Positions 1-9,513 are shown, counted from the first letter of the stretch. The stretch: 64,000 nt of DNA from an uncultured Chloroflexia bacterium (GCA_963773745.1 CAVZCL010000010.1:96760-160759); one strand, 5' to 3'. The notes: generated by a model from the letters alone, not told the origin. Numbers and translations: made by a program.

Positions 1-128
1 CCAACATGGGCGTGGATGAGGTCGATTCCGACGCCGAGCCCAGCCACGAGGATGTGGTGGCAGCGGGTGCGCTGATTGTGCCCCGCCTCACGGCGCTGCT
101 GCTGGGGGTGCTGAAGAAGCTGGCCTAA
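1..128 (+). CDS. C-terminal end of an unidentified protein (gene begins upstream of window)
   Basis: Frame 3 is open from the window edge and ends ...PRLTALLLGVLKKLA with TAA at 126-128. No diagnostic motif. Confidence 0.3.
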   Translation, partial: NMGVDEVDSDAEPSHEDVVAAGALIVPRLTALLLGVLKKLA

Positions 129-300
129 GAACTTGCGAAGCTGAAAGCAACAGCGCAACGCAGAGTCGCAAAGGAATCAAAGATGCGCAAAGGAGAGCGG
201 TAACATCTGCTGTTTGAGCATACCGATAACGTGGTTTTGTCGTTCTTTACGTTTCTTTGCACCCTTTGCGACTTTGCGTTGAAGTGTTTTATCCATCCCT
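129..300. repeat. Imperfect long hairpin built from GCAAAGG/GCAGAG words
   Basis: GCGCAACGCAGAGTCGCAAAGG (left) pairs with CCTTTGCGACTTTGCGTTG (right). Same word family as the arms of the 5862-6131 palindrome. Confidence 0.4.
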
Positions 301-311
301 GGGTGCCCGAC

Positions 312-1373
312 ATGAGCGATTACCGTTCACTCGAAGCCAACCACGCTGCCTTTTGGCACACGGCCAACCTTGTCGTCAACCGCATTGAGGCTTTCCAGCC
401 CGAGCTCGTCATCGTCTGCCTCAGCAGCGGCGAGATGGCGTGGCGCGCCGCCGAACGGCTGTGGAACGCGACTGCCACGGCAGCGCTGCCGCCCGTCATG
501 CGCATGCATTTTCACGTGGATAATCCGCCACTGATCCCCATGGAGTGGGAGGATCACCAGTTGGCCGTCGGCGAACCAATGGATGAGTGGCGTGGGCAAA
601 TTGCGCACTGGGCGCTCGACCAGCCTGGATGGCTCTCCGGCGTGCGTGAGGCCGTGCTGAGCCGGCAGGGGCGCGAGCCGGCGCGCATCCTCGTCGTGGA
701 TGATGTTGTGTTTGGAGGCCAGACGGCGGCGGTGGCCATGGGCCTTGTACACGCGGCTTTCCCTGAATCCGGAGTGGAGCTTCTCCATGGCTTCCATGTC
801 ATGTGGCGCTTTGAACTGATGGAGCACTGGCTTGCAGCCAGGGCGGACGCGGGGCCGGCCGGCGAGCGTATCCGTGCCTTCCTGGATCGCAAGGTGGCGC
901 ACAACAAGGAGACGCCTACAACGACCGGTTTGTGGCACTGCTCAAAGTTCTACGTACGCGCACCCATGGCCTCCACGTCGCTGGAGCCATTCGACATTGC
1001 AGCCCGTTTGGGGGAGGAACCCAATCTAACCGTCGCCGACATACAGGCAATTCGCCAGTTCTATCTGCAGCAGATTGACATTGCGATTGACGACCGGCTG
1101 GAAGCGCAGGGCTTTGTGCGCAGCGAGGCAGACCGCCAGGGCACTGGAGGCGTCTTCCGTCGCGGTCCCGTCATGTGCCTCTGGCAGGAGCTGGCCACCA
1201 AGGGCTGCATCACGGTCATTGATGCCGTCGTGGCCACAGGCTGGGATGCAGCGCACGTGCATGAAATACTCGACGAGAACGTCGATCAAGACGAGTGGCT
1301 GCGGCGTGAGGGCGATACGTACGCCATCCAGAACGGCTACCTGCTCGGCCACCCCGAGACAGCAACCACCTAG
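312..1373 (+). CDS. Phosphoribosyltransferase-like domain protein with an unassigned C-terminal domain
   Basis: ORF 231..1373; the most plausible start is ATG 312 (MSDYRSLEANH). PRPP-loop-type signature ARILVVDDVVFGGQT follows a PELVIVCLSSGE core strand. The C-terminal ~150 aa are unassigned. Confidence 0.6.
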   Translation: MSDYRSLEANHAAFWHTANLVVNRIEAFQPELVIVCLSSGEMAWRAAERLWNATATAALPPVMRMHFHVDNPPLIPMEWEDHQLAVGEPMDEWRGQIAHWALDQPGWLSGVREAVLSRQGREPARILVVDDVVFGGQTAAVAMGLVHAAFPESGVELLHGFHVMWRFELMEHWLAARADAGPAGERIRAFLDRKVAHNKETPTTTGLWHCSKFYVRAPMASTSLEPFDIAARLGEEPNLTVADIQAIRQFYLQQIDIAIDDRLEAQGFVRSEADRQGTGGVFRRGPVMCLWQELATKGCITVIDAVVATGWDAAHVHEILDENVDQDEWLRREGDTYAIQNGYLLGHPETATT

Positions 1374-1477
1374 ACGCAATGTCTTGCAGCTACGCAACGC
1401 TCACGTTCTTGCAAGCCCACGCACCACTTACGCCCCAATGCCACCCACTGAAAACTCACTATTCATGGCGATCGATT

Positions 1478-1630
1478 TGGCAAGGGCAGGTTGCGCGCTA
1501 CGCCCTTGCGCACCCCCGTTATCTTGCGCGAGTACGCGCCGCAGTGCTTGCGCATCTGGCGGGTGCTTCGCCACAGCGCGTGCTGCTTGTAGATGATGTG
1601 GTTGCCGGCGGCGGCACGTTCCAACGATTC
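1478..1630 (+). pseudogene. Truncated paralogous fragment of the upstream PRTase-like gene
   Basis: WQGQVARYALAHPRYLARVRAAVLAHLAGASPQRVLLVDDVVAGGGT aligns by eye with WRGQIAHWALDQPGWLSGVREAVLSRQGREPARILVVDDVVFGGQT of the 312..1373 product. No N- or C-terminal remainder; the fragment runs into an A/C-only tract. Confidence 0.5.
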
Positions 1631-1690
1631 CACCCACCCCACACCCAACACCCCAACACCCCACACCCACACCCACACCCCACACCCAAC
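1631..1690. repeat. 60-nt tract composed only of A and C (CCACAC-type words)
   Basis: CACCCACCCCACACCCAACACCCCAACACCCCACACCCACACCCACACCCCACACCCAAC contains no G or T. Confidence 0.9.
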
Positions 1691-1804
1691 TCCCCCGCTT
1701 AACCCCCACTTGCACGTTCACCCATCCTCTCCCATAATACGCTGCACAACCTGCTGCCTCCGCCCCTGGCTCAACCCCACGCGGCGCACCTGACTGCTGA
1801 CAAC

Positions 1805-3193
1805 ATGATTTCTAGCAATCCCACTGTTCACGCCGCGATCGACTACTACCACGATCTCGTCCACACCGGCGCGCTGGCGCAGGATTCGTGGGGCGTGCTC
1901 GAGCCGGGCATGCGCGACCGTCTGCTGAACTTCGGCGGCCGCCCCCTGTGCACCGTGCTGCGCCCCATGCTGCAAACCGAAGCCGACTACGCATATCTCG
2001 GCGCGCGCACCACCCTCATGCTCGGCATCTTCAACAAGGCATCCGACGCGATGATGGTCGACGCCGCCCTGCGTGCACAGATGGCGCTCACGCCCGATGA
2101 AGAAGAGCTGGTGCGCATCCCCACGGGCTACAACACAAATATCCCCACGGCGCGCCTCGACAGCTTCTTCCTGCGCCACGAGGACGGCAGCCGCACCCTC
2201 AACTTCATCGAGTTTAATGGTGAAAGCCCCGCCAGCATGGGCTACAGCGACGTGCTGGCCGAGCTCTTCCTCGAGACGCCCCTCATGCAACGCTTCGGGG
2301 AGCGCTACAACGTGCGGCCTGTAATGGCGCGTCCCTACGCCGCCGACGCCCTCCTGCGCATCTATGCGCAGTGGAAGGGCAACAGCAGCGACAAGCCCAG
2401 CATGGCGATTGTGGACTGGGCCGATGTGCCCACGACGCCCGAATTCACCATCCTCGCCAACTACTTCCGCACAAAGGGCATGAAGGTCGTCATCTGCACG
2501 CCCGACGAGCTCGATTTTGTGCGCGGCAAGCTCTATGCGAAGGGCGAATTCGTGGACTTCGTCTACAAGCGCGTCCTCACCACCGAGCTGCTCAAGCGCT
2601 ATGGGCTGGACCACCCCATGATCGATGCGCTGCGTGCCGGCGCCGTCTGCATTGCCAACCCTTTCACCTGCAAGCTGCTGCACAAGAAGGCGTCGTTCGC
2701 CTTTGTCTCCGATGAACGCAACGCGCAGCTCTTCACCGCCGAGGAGCGCGCCGCTGTGCGCGCCCACATCCCCTGGACGCGCACCGTGGCCGAACGCCAC
2801 ACGCTGGACAGCCGCGGCGAACGCATTGACCTGCTGCCGTGGGCCTCGCAGCGGCGCGAATCGCTCGTGCTCAAGCCCAATGACGAGTACGGCGGCAAGG
2901 GCGTGCTGATTGGCTGGGAGACGGACCAGAGCACGTGGGACAGTGCGCTGGAAGCCGCGATCGGCGACCCCAGCATCATCCAGGAGCGCGCCGAGATCGC
3001 CTACGAGGAGTTCCCCCGCCTGGACGAGCAGGGGCGTGTGGAGATGGGGCGGCGGCTGGTCGACTGCGACCCGTTCCTCTTCAACGGCGACGCCATGGGT
3101 GGCTGTCTTGTGCGGCTGAGCACCGTTACCCTGCTCAACGTCACAGCGGGCGGCGGCAGTGTCGCGCCGCTCTTTGTCATTGGCGACAAGTAG
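1805..3193 (+). CDS. ATP-grasp superfamily carboxylate-amine ligase (glutathionylspermidine-synthase-like / circularly permuted ATP-grasp type)
   Basis: 462-aa [35 protein letters not shown] fits the R-x-D...E-x-N...P pattern of GspS-like ligases, and [19 protein letters not shown] is also present. The antisense 514-aa ORF is an Arg/Ala/Gly/His-rich shadow. Confidence 0.7.
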   Translation: MISSNPTVHAAIDYYHDLVHTGALAQDSWGVLEPGMRDRLLNFGGRPLCTVLRPMLQTEADYAYLGARTTLMLGIFNKASDAMMVDAALRAQMALTPDEEELVRIPTGYNTNIPTARLDSFFLRHEDGSRTLNFIEFNGESPASMGYSDVLAELFLETPLMQRFGERYNVRPVMARPYAADALLRIYAQWKGNSSDKPSMAIVDWADVPTTPEFTILANYFRTKGMKVVICTPDELDFVRGKLYAKGEFVDFVYKRVLTTELLKRYGLDHPMIDALRAGAVCIANPFTCKLLHKKASFAFVSDERNAQLFTAEERAAVRAHIPWTRTVAERHTLDSRGERIDLLPWASQRRESLVLKPNDEYGGKGVLIGWETDQSTWDSALEAAIGDPSIIQERAEIAYEEFPRLDEQGRVEMGRRLVDCDPFLFNGDAMGGCLVRLSTVTLLNVTAGGGSVAPLFVIGDK

Positions 3194-3210
3194 AAGCTTC
3201 TGGATCGCTC

Positions 3211-3300
3211 GATAATTGGCAAGTGGTGAATTGGTAATTTGAACGTGCGCGCCCGCACCCAAGAGACGCCAATTACCAATGCACCAATGACCACTTGTGG
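3211..3300. repeat. Word-built hairpin (GGTAA/TTACC family) between the ATP-grasp and GCS2 genes
   Basis: AATTGGCAAGTGGTGAATTGGTAATT (3214-3239) pairs with AATTACCAATGCACCAATGACCACTTG (3271-3297). Confidence 0.7.
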
Positions 3301-3333
3301 TTTTCTATCCTCTCACCTTGCTGAGGACCCTGC

Positions 3334-4461
3334 ATGTACTACCCCTCCTTCAATATCGGCATCGAAGAAGAGTACCAGCTCATTGACCCCGAGAGCCGCG
3401 AACTGCTGGGCTATGTGACGCAATCCATGGCGCGCGAGCAGATGTTGGTGCGCGAGCGCACGCCCGACACCGAGTTCGCCCGGCAAATGCGCGAGGCCGT
3501 GATTGAGGCGGGCACACCTGTGGCCGCTGACATTCACGAGGCGCACGACCACCTGCTGCGCATGCGCACACAGATGCTTGAGTTTGCCCAGGGGCAGGAT
3601 TGTCGCCTGGCGGCCGCAGGCACGCACCCCTTCAGCCGCTGGGAGTCGCGCGGCGACGTGCTGCCCGGCTACCGCGCCATGCTGGAGGACGCGCAAATGG
3701 TCGCGCGCCGCATGCTTGCCTTTGGCGTGCGCATTCACATTGGCGTGGAAGACCGCGAGCTGGCCGTGGATGTAATGAACACCATGCGTTATCTGCTGCC
3801 CCACATCTTCTGCCTCAGCACCAGCAGCCCCTTTTGGCACGGGCGCAATACCGGCCTCAAGAGCTACCGCGCTGTGCTCATGGATGCGCTGCCGCGCACG
3901 GGCATACCGGGCGCGTTCTCCTCCTACCAGGAGTACCGCACCTTTGTGGATACGCTGGTGCGCACCAACAGCATCCCCAACGCGGGGCAAATTCGCTACG
4001 ACATCATGCCCCATCACCGCTTTCCCACGTTGGTGGTGCGCATCTGCGACATGGTCCCCTCCATGCGCGACACACTGGCGATCACGGCGCTCATTCAGGC
4101 CACCATGGCGTGGATGGTGGACCTGCGCCAGCGCAATATGTCCTTCCGCATCTACGAGCGCATTCTGATTGCAGAGAACAAGTGGCGCGCCGTGCGCTAC
4201 GGCCTCGAGGGGCGGCTCATCGATTTCGGCATTGAGGAATCGCTCCCCGCAGCAGAGCTCATTCGCCAATTGGTGGAGCGGGTGGAGCCGGTAGGCGCGC
4301 GCCTGGCCAGCACCGACTATTTGCAGCACGTGCTCACCATGCTCCAGCGGGGCACCAGCGCCGAGCAGCAGTTGCGCATCTGGCAGCAGGGCGGGGAGGG
4401 CGACGAGGCCCTCGTCGCCGTTGTGGACAACCTTGTGGCGCAGACGGAGGCGCTGCAATAA
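3334..4461 (+). CDS. Carboxylate-amine ligase, YbdK/GCS2 family (copy 1)
   Basis: N-terminal [29 protein letters not shown] and [17 protein letters not shown] are typical of glutamate-cysteine ligase family 2. Confidence 0.85.
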   Translation: MYYPSFNIGIEEEYQLIDPESRELLGYVTQSMAREQMLVRERTPDTEFARQMREAVIEAGTPVAADIHEAHDHLLRMRTQMLEFAQGQDCRLAAAGTHPFSRWESRGDVLPGYRAMLEDAQMVARRMLAFGVRIHIGVEDRELAVDVMNTMRYLLPHIFCLSTSSPFWHGRNTGLKSYRAVLMDALPRTGIPGAFSSYQEYRTFVDTLVRTNSIPNAGQIRYDIMPHHRFPTLVVRICDMVPSMRDTLAITALIQATMAWMVDLRQRNMSFRIYERILIAENKWRAVRYGLEGRLIDFGIEESLPAAELIRQLVERVEPVGARLASTDYLQHVLTMLQRGTSAEQQLRIWQQGGEGDEALVAVVDNLVAQTEALQ

Positions 4462-4470
4462 CAACAAAAT

Positions 4471-4707
4471 CATTGGTAAGTGGTAAGTGCTGCGTCTCCG
4501 AAGCGCGTGTGCAGTCGTAGCGGGGGGCTTTCAGCCCTCCGGCTGTTGTAGGTCACGTTTCCCGGCGTGACGACCGTAGGTCACGTCTCCGGCGTGACAC
4601 AGTACGCAACGCAATGCGGAGGCACAAAACGGAGGGCTGGAAGCCCCCCGCTACGAAATGCGCACGCGCCAGACGCAGCACTTACCAATTGCCAATTGCC
4701 AATTACG
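4471..4707. repeat. Nested palindromic element: GGTAAGTGG outer stem enclosing a GTAG-headed REP doublet (REPIN-like)
   Basis: Outer stem: CATTGGTAAGTGGTAAGTGCTGCGTCT ... AGACGCAGCACTTACCAATTGCCAATTGCCAATT. Inner stem: GTAGCGGGGGGCTTTCAGCCCTCCG (4517-4541) ... CGGAGGGCTGGAAGCCCCCCGCTAC (to 4654). Core: two GTAGGTCACGT(T/C)TCC(C)GGCGTGAC units. Confidence 0.85.
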
Positions 4708-4739
4708 ACTTTTCCTGACTCTACTCTTGAGGCGCACCC

Positions 4740-5858
4740 ATGATCGCACGCCCCTCGCTCTCGCTGGGCATTGAAGAAGAATATCAGATTATTGACCCCG
4801 AGACGCGCGAGATGCGCTCGTTCATCACGCAGTTCATCAGCGACGGCAAGGTCGTCATGGTGGAGCGCGACCTCAAGCCCGAACTGCACCAGTCCATGGT
4901 GGAGCTGGGCACGCCCGTCTGCGAGAATGTGGCGCAGCTGCACGAGGAGCTCGTCAAGCAGCGCAGTTGGCTGGCAGGGCTGGCGCACAACAAGGGGCTC
5001 GAGATTGCCGCCGCCGCCACCCATCCCTTTAGCCGCTATGTGGACCAGCCGGTGACGCCCCTGCCCCGCTACCAGGGCGTGCTCGAAGAGATGCAGATGC
5101 TCGCGCAGCGGCTGCTCATCTTTGGCATGCACGTGCATGTAGGGATTGAGGACCGTGCCTTTGCGCTCGACTGCATGAATGTGGTGCGCTACATGCTGCC
5201 CCACATCCTTGCGCTCAGCAGCAGCAGCCCCTTCTGGAGCGGCCGCAAGACGGGGCTCAAGAGCTACCGCGCGCTGGTCTTCGAGGACTTCCCGCGCTCG
5301 GGCATTCCCGAACAAGTGCGCAGCGTGGGCGATTGGGACAACATGATCGGCACCCTCATGCGTACGGGCTGCATTCCCGATGGCAGCAAGATCTGGTGGG
5401 ATTGCCGCCCGCATCACGCCTATCCCACCCTCGAGTTCCGCATCTGCGACATCTGCACGCGCGTGGATGAGGCGATTGCGATTGCGGCGCTCTTCCAGGC
5501 GATTGTGCTCTGGCTCTGGAAGCTGCGCCATCGCAATATCACCTTCCGCACCTATCGCAAGGAGTTGCTCGAGGAGAACCGCTGGCGCGCCGCCCGCTAT
5601 GGCCTCGACGGCAAGATGATTGACTTTGGCAAGACAATGGAGCTGCCCACGCGCCAGCTCATTCGCGAGCTGCTGGACATGGTGGGCGAGGAAGTGGACG
5701 AGCTGGGCACACGCGCCGCCATCCAGCCAATTGAGACGATGCTCTCACACGGCACCAGCGCCGATCGCCAGCTGCGCGTCTTCGATGCGACCGATGGCGA
5801 CCTCAAGGCGGTCGTCGATCATCTCATCGCCGAAACCAGAATCGGCCTTGACATTTAG
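4740..5858 (+). CDS. Carboxylate-amine ligase, YbdK/GCS2 family (copy 2)
   Basis: [29 protein letters not shown] and [17 protein letters not shown]. Clear paralogue of 3334..4461. Confidence 0.85.
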   Translation: MIARPSLSLGIEEEYQIIDPETREMRSFITQFISDGKVVMVERDLKPELHQSMVELGTPVCENVAQLHEELVKQRSWLAGLAHNKGLEIAAAATHPFSRYVDQPVTPLPRYQGVLEEMQMLAQRLLIFGMHVHVGIEDRAFALDCMNVVRYMLPHILALSSSSPFWSGRKTGLKSYRALVFEDFPRSGIPEQVRSVGDWDNMIGTLMRTGCIPDGSKIWWDCRPHHAYPTLEFRICDICTRVDEAIAIAALFQAIVLWLWKLRHRNITFRTYRKELLEENRWRAARYGLDGKMIDFGKTMELPTRQLIRELLDMVGEEVDELGTRAAIQPIETMLSHGTSADRQLRVFDATDGDLKAVVDHLIAETRIGLDI

Positions 5859-5861
5859 CGA

Positions 5862-6131
5862 CGACGCAGAGGCGCAAAGGCGCAGAGGAAGCGCAAAGAA
5901 GAGCAACAGCAAGAAAAGCCAAAGTAGTCCGCAACAAGACGCGAAACGGCAGTACACAGATTTCACAGATGCGACAGATAACAACAGATGATCTGTCTGG
6001 TCAATTTGTTGTTATCTGTCGCATCTGTGAAATCTGTGTACTGCCGTTTCGCTTCTTGTTGCGGACTACTTTGGCTTTTCTTGCTGTTGCTCTTCTTTGC
6101 GCTTCCTCTGCGCCTTTGCGCCTCTGCGTCG
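5862..6131. repeat. 270-bp near-perfect palindrome (125-nt arms, 20-nt loop) between convergent genes
   Basis: Arm 5862-5986 equals the reverse complement of 6007-6131 except for one mismatch (CAAGACGCG vs CAAGAAGCG). The first ~65 nt of the left arm contain no T. Confidence 0.95.
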
Positions 6132-6142
6132 CAGTTCTATCG

Positions 6143-7831
6143 TTACCGGCCCAGGCGCTGGAGAGCCTGCGTAACCTTGTCGGGCAGTTGGCGCGTGCGC
6201 GTGGAAAGAAACTCCAGCACCTGTTGCGACGTAATGTGCGCATCGGCCGCGCGCGCCAGGCTGCGTTTGGTAATCTGGTACTGATAGCGAGGGTAACTGG
6301 ACTGCCATTGGGCAAAGCGTTCAACCCGGAAGCGATCCTCAAGGGGCGCGCCCGGCGGCAGGACAATCACAAATTCGTCATTCACCTGCAGCGTCCGCTG
6401 CGGGTTTTCGTGAGGCTGGACGACATCCATGCCCAGCCAGCGCGCGCCCCAGCTTGTCAGCGACATCAGCCACTCATCGCCGGCCGAGGGTTCGGCCAGA
6501 TCCAGCGCGCCCAGCCAGTGGAGCGGGCCGCGCATGAGGAAAGCGAGGAGCGCGCCCTCCACATCGTCCCAATGCTCGACGCCGTCGAGCACCTCGCCGG
6601 CGCTCTGTCCCTCGGGCAGCACTGCGCCGGCGGGCGGCTGTGCGCGCCGTACTTTCCACTCATCATAGCGGCCGGTGGGGCGCTGAAAGTCTGGCTCCAC
6701 CTTTTTGATGGCGGCCACGACGTCGGCAATGCGGTACCAGCCATTGGGCTGCAGCCTGCCCAGCAGCGCCAGCACGGATGCACGCGTTTGCAGTGGATCG
6801 TTCATCTGCGCCACGCCGGCGGCGCAGTCAAGCTCCGGCGTGCGGCAAAGGTCGTTCCACTCGGGCGAAAGGCGCCAGCAGTCGAAGAGCGCCTGGCGCT
6901 GTTCGGCGCGCGTCTGCGCCAGGAAATCGCGCACGCGGTTGCCCGTCAACTGGATGAGGCCACCCTCGGCGCGCTTGAGCCAGCCCATGCGGTTGGCCAC
7001 ATGCAGCAGCAGCGCCAGCCGCACATTGTGGTCGGGAATCGTCTCGTCAAAGGGAAGCTGCAGCCGATTGACGAGGCGGTCCACGTCCTCGGGGTTGGGG
7101 CCGGCAGCCGTCAGCCGCAGCGTGTCGCTGTAGACGTAGCCGAGCAGCGTGCCGGCATCCTCCAAAAAGCAGTCGTCGGCGTTGATTGTGCGCGAGCGCT
7201 GCGGCGGTGCAGCCGGCGTTACGGGCAGCCCGTTGGGAAGTGCCGCAGTCTGCGCGCGCGGCAGCCACGGCGCCACGTCGGCAGGCAGGTAGACCACAGT
7301 GTGCGCCTCGCGCCCTTCACCATGGAAGGTGCGCCCGATCAGCCCGTGGTAGTAGAGCACCTCAGCGGCCCCCTCAGGGTGGAGCCAGGGCGCCTCGCGT
7401 TCCATCTTGGCGGGGCCCATGTCTCGGATCGCGCCGAATTGCTGCGTGAAAGCCGCCTCGGGCACCTCACCGCCGGCGCGCAGAAGCTGGTCCACCGCCT
7501 CTTCCACCGCCGGGTAGCTGTCCGCCAACTCCTGATAGGCGAACTGAATCGAGGTGGGATTCGTCAGTTCTTCAGCCAGGAGCGCGATGCCCTGCAGGCG
7601 GTTGAGCGACCCACCCGCGCCCGCATCGTACTCGGCGCTGCGCATTTGCGCGATGACGTCGAGCAATGCCGGTGCAATTCCTTTGAGCATCTGTTCGGTG
7701 GTTGGCATAGTCTTCGGCAAGGTCGTCAGGAGCGATGCTCCGCCGGTCGACTCGGCAGCCACTGCGCCGGCAAGGCCGGGCGCATGCGCTGGTGTGGGTG
7801 AGGAGGGCGACGATGCGGGTCGAGAAGGCAT
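6143..7831 (-). CDS. XPB/helicase-associated (Helicase_C_3 / XPB damage-recognition-like) domain protein with no helicase core
   Basis: The C-terminus LQVNDEFVIVLPPGAPLEDRFRVERFAQWQSSYPRYQYQITKRSLARAADAHITSQQVLEFLSTRTRQLPDKVTQALQRL matches the Y-x-hT-x-x-Sl..A...G.t.eqil.fL...s...lP pattern of that domain. An alternative start is ATG 7708 (MPTTEQ). Confidence 0.55.
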   Translation of the reverse strand: MPSRPASSPSSPTPAHAPGLAGAVAAESTGGASLLTTLPKTMPTTEQMLKGIAPALLDVIAQMRSAEYDAGAGGSLNRLQGIALLAEELTNPTSIQFAYQELADSYPAVEEAVDQLLRAGGEVPEAAFTQQFGAIRDMGPAKMEREAPWLHPEGAAEVLYYHGLIGRTFHGEGREAHTVVYLPADVAPWLPRAQTAALPNGLPVTPAAPPQRSRTINADDCFLEDAGTLLGYVYSDTLRLTAAGPNPEDVDRLVNRLQLPFDETIPDHNVRLALLLHVANRMGWLKRAEGGLIQLTGNRVRDFLAQTRAEQRQALFDCWRLSPEWNDLCRTPELDCAAGVAQMNDPLQTRASVLALLGRLQPNGWYRIADVVAAIKKVEPDFQRPTGRYDEWKVRRAQPPAGAVLPEGQSAGEVLDGVEHWDDVEGALLAFLMRGPLHWLGALDLAEPSAGDEWLMSLTSWGARWLGMDVVQPHENPQRTLQVNDEFVIVLPPGAPLEDRFRVERFAQWQSSYPRYQYQITKRSLARAADAHITSQQVLEFLSTRTRQLPDKVTQALQRLGR

Positions 7832-8007
7832 GGTTCTTTGGAAAACAGGTGGCGGCGCACTGGGGGCAGTGGCTGCCTAACGGATGCGGCCATCGGTTTG
7901 TTCACTTTGTCTGGTTCGTAAAGCCGGCCAGCGTTCTTCATTGTGCAAGAGAGTTGCGCCGGAAAGCAAGCGCACCTACCGCATGGAGCCGGCCCTTCCG
8001 CTCACAA

Positions 8008-8036
8008 TTGTCACACGTCTGATGTTTGGATATACT
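8008..8036 (+). promoter_or_regulatory. Sigma-70-like promoter candidate for the DUF1232 gene
   Basis: TTGTCA (8008-8013), 17-nt spacer, TATACT (8031-8036), 34 nt upstream of ATG 8070. Confidence 0.5.
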
Positions 8037-8069
8037 GAACGTCGATTCTTGTAAAGGAGTTTACCACGT

Positions 8070-8411
8070 ATGCGAAACAGTAGCTTCAGCAGCATGCTGA
8101 CCCGCGGCGGCTGGCGACCCGCCGATATCCTGCGCGACATGCGGCGCGCCAGCGCGTTGCTTGTCAGCCGCAACGTGCCGCTCACCCTCAAGCTCATCCT
8201 GCCCCTGGGCGCAGCCCTCTACTGGTTCTTTCCGCTGGACCTGATGCCCGGCTTGCCCTTCGATGACATTGCCATCGTGATTCTTGCCGTCAAGCTCTTT
8301 GTCTCCATGGGAGATGCCGCGCTGCTGCGCACTGAGGGCAGCGATGGTGACATGGGTAATATGGGTGACGAACCGCCGGTGGATACCACATGGCACGTCG
8401 TGGACGACTAA
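8070..8411 (+). CDS. DUF1232 (YkvA-like) small membrane protein
   Basis: FPLDLMPGLPFDDIAIVILAVKL matches the DUF1232 core (P-x-D-l-i-P-D..P..G..DD). AAGGAG lies 10 nt upstream of ATG 8070. Confidence 0.7.
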   Translation: MRNSSFSSMLTRGGWRPADILRDMRRASALLVSRNVPLTLKLILPLGAALYWFFPLDLMPGLPFDDIAIVILAVKLFVSMGDAALLRTEGSDGDMGNMGDEPPVDTTWHVVDD

Positions 8412-8608
8412 GATACACGCTCGCTGCCAAGCCGGCGGGTCCACCGCAGCCTGGCCTTCAGCATGGGCAGGCCGCGCCCGGCGACAAGGAGAGCGCCCCC
8501 CTGCACGCGAGTGCGGGGGGCGTTGTGAACGCTCCCGAAAACGCAGACGCCCCGGCGCCCCCGGCCCCTGATCGCGAAACCACTGCCCCAGGAGAGGGCG
8601 CATCCGCC

Positions 8609-9286
8609 ATGGCGCAAAGCCGAAGTGCGCAGGATGCATCAACAGAGCCAGCCAATTACTCGCTGATGGAGGTTGCCAAATACCTCGACATCAGCCCGGA
8701 GATGCTGCGCACCTGGAATCGCCGCTTTGCCGCGCTGCTGGGCAGCCCCGTCGCGGGCGATCCGCCGCGCTATGGCGCCGCCGACGTTGCCGTGCTGCGC
8801 ACCGTTCGCACCCTCCTCGATGAGGGCTATACCGACGCCGAAGTGCAGCAAAACCTGACCCCGCACCGGATTGAGCCCGAGCCACCCCCCGCCTCGCTGC
8901 CCAACCTGGCAAGGCTGAATGAAGGCAACCCCGACGACGCCTCGAGCCATGCGCTCGCGGTGCCTTCTGCGCTGGGCGACATGCTGGGGGCCATTGCCGG
9001 CAGCCAGCAGACTGTCCTCAACAGCCAGGCCTCCATGCGCGAGATGGTCTCGGTGGTGGTGCAGGATAATTTTAACCTCAAGGATGAAAACCGCAAGCTG
9101 CGCGACCGCATGCTCGAACTCGAGCGTGGGCTGGCCGAATACCAGCGGCGTGAAGAGACGCGCAAGGAGCGCCTTGAAGCGCGTATGCGCGCCCTCGAAG
9201 GCACCGTTTCGGCGCTGCAGCAGCAGATGTCCCAGTTCGTGCAAATGCAGCGCGCCGCGCAAACCAAGCGGCGCGGCTGGTGGTGA
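8609..9286 (+). CDS. MerR-type HTH protein with a C-terminal coiled coil
   Basis: YSLMEVAKYLDISPEMLRTWNRRF is a MerR-like HTH. The C-terminus (KDENRKLRDRMLELERGLAEYQRREETRKERLEARMRALEG) is heptad-like. The start is placed at ATG 8609, upstream of the HTH; the longer track ORF (8390) has an Arg/Pro-rich implausible leader. Confidence 0.55.
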   Translation: MAQSRSAQDASTEPANYSLMEVAKYLDISPEMLRTWNRRFAALLGSPVAGDPPRYGAADVAVLRTVRTLLDEGYTDAEVQQNLTPHRIEPEPPPASLPNLARLNEGNPDDASSHALAVPSALGDMLGAIAGSQQTVLNSQASMREMVSVVVQDNFNLKDENRKLRDRMLELERGLAEYQRREETRKERLEARMRALEGTVSALQQQMSQFVQMQRAAQTKRRGWW

Positions 9287-9305
9287 AAAAGGCAGTTAGT
9301 AAGTG

Positions 9306-9446
9306 GTGCATCCGGCAAGTAACGCGACGCTTTTCAGTAGCGGCTGCTTCAGCTGCCGTAGGTATCGAGGAGCGCGGACGCGATCTCCGCCTACGGCAGC
9401 TGAAGCAGCTCGCTACGAAAAGCGTCGGCGTACTTGCCGGATGCAC
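9306..9446. repeat. ~140-bp palindromic REPIN-like element (family with GTAGCGGCTGCTTCAGCTGCC)
   Basis: GTGCATCCGGCAAGTAACGCGACGCTTTTCAGTAGCGGCTGCTTCAGCTGCCGTAGG ... CCTACGGCAGCTGAAGCAGCTCGCTACGAAAAGCGTCGGCGTACTTGCCGGATGCAC. A second copy lies at 14567-14684. Confidence 0.85.
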
Positions 9447-9448
9447 AC

Positions 9449-9513
9449 AGTAAGTGGTAACTGGTAAAGGAAGAAGCCACCCCTTACCAATGACCACTTA
9501 CCAATGACCAATT
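9449..9513. repeat. GGTAA/TTACC word hairpin
   Basis: AGTAAGTGGTAACTGGTAAAGG ... CCCTTACCAATGACCACTTACC. Confidence 0.7.

Noticed and set aside
1631-1690. The CCACAC-type A/C-only tract as telomere-like repeats or a replicon end.
   Set aside because: The tract is internal, only 60 nt long and irregular in unit length, with ordinary genes on both sides. It fits the window-wide pattern of compositionally skewed spacer words.
5745-6284. Small ORFs inside the big palindromes (5745..5984, 5988..6284, 11202..11597, 11428..12180, 13723..13968, 13814..14065) that encode near-identical peptides on both strands.
   Set aside because: The mirrored peptides (for example LLWLFLLLLFFALPLRLCASAS on both strands) are a direct consequence of the palindromic DNA. 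They have no start context or homology.
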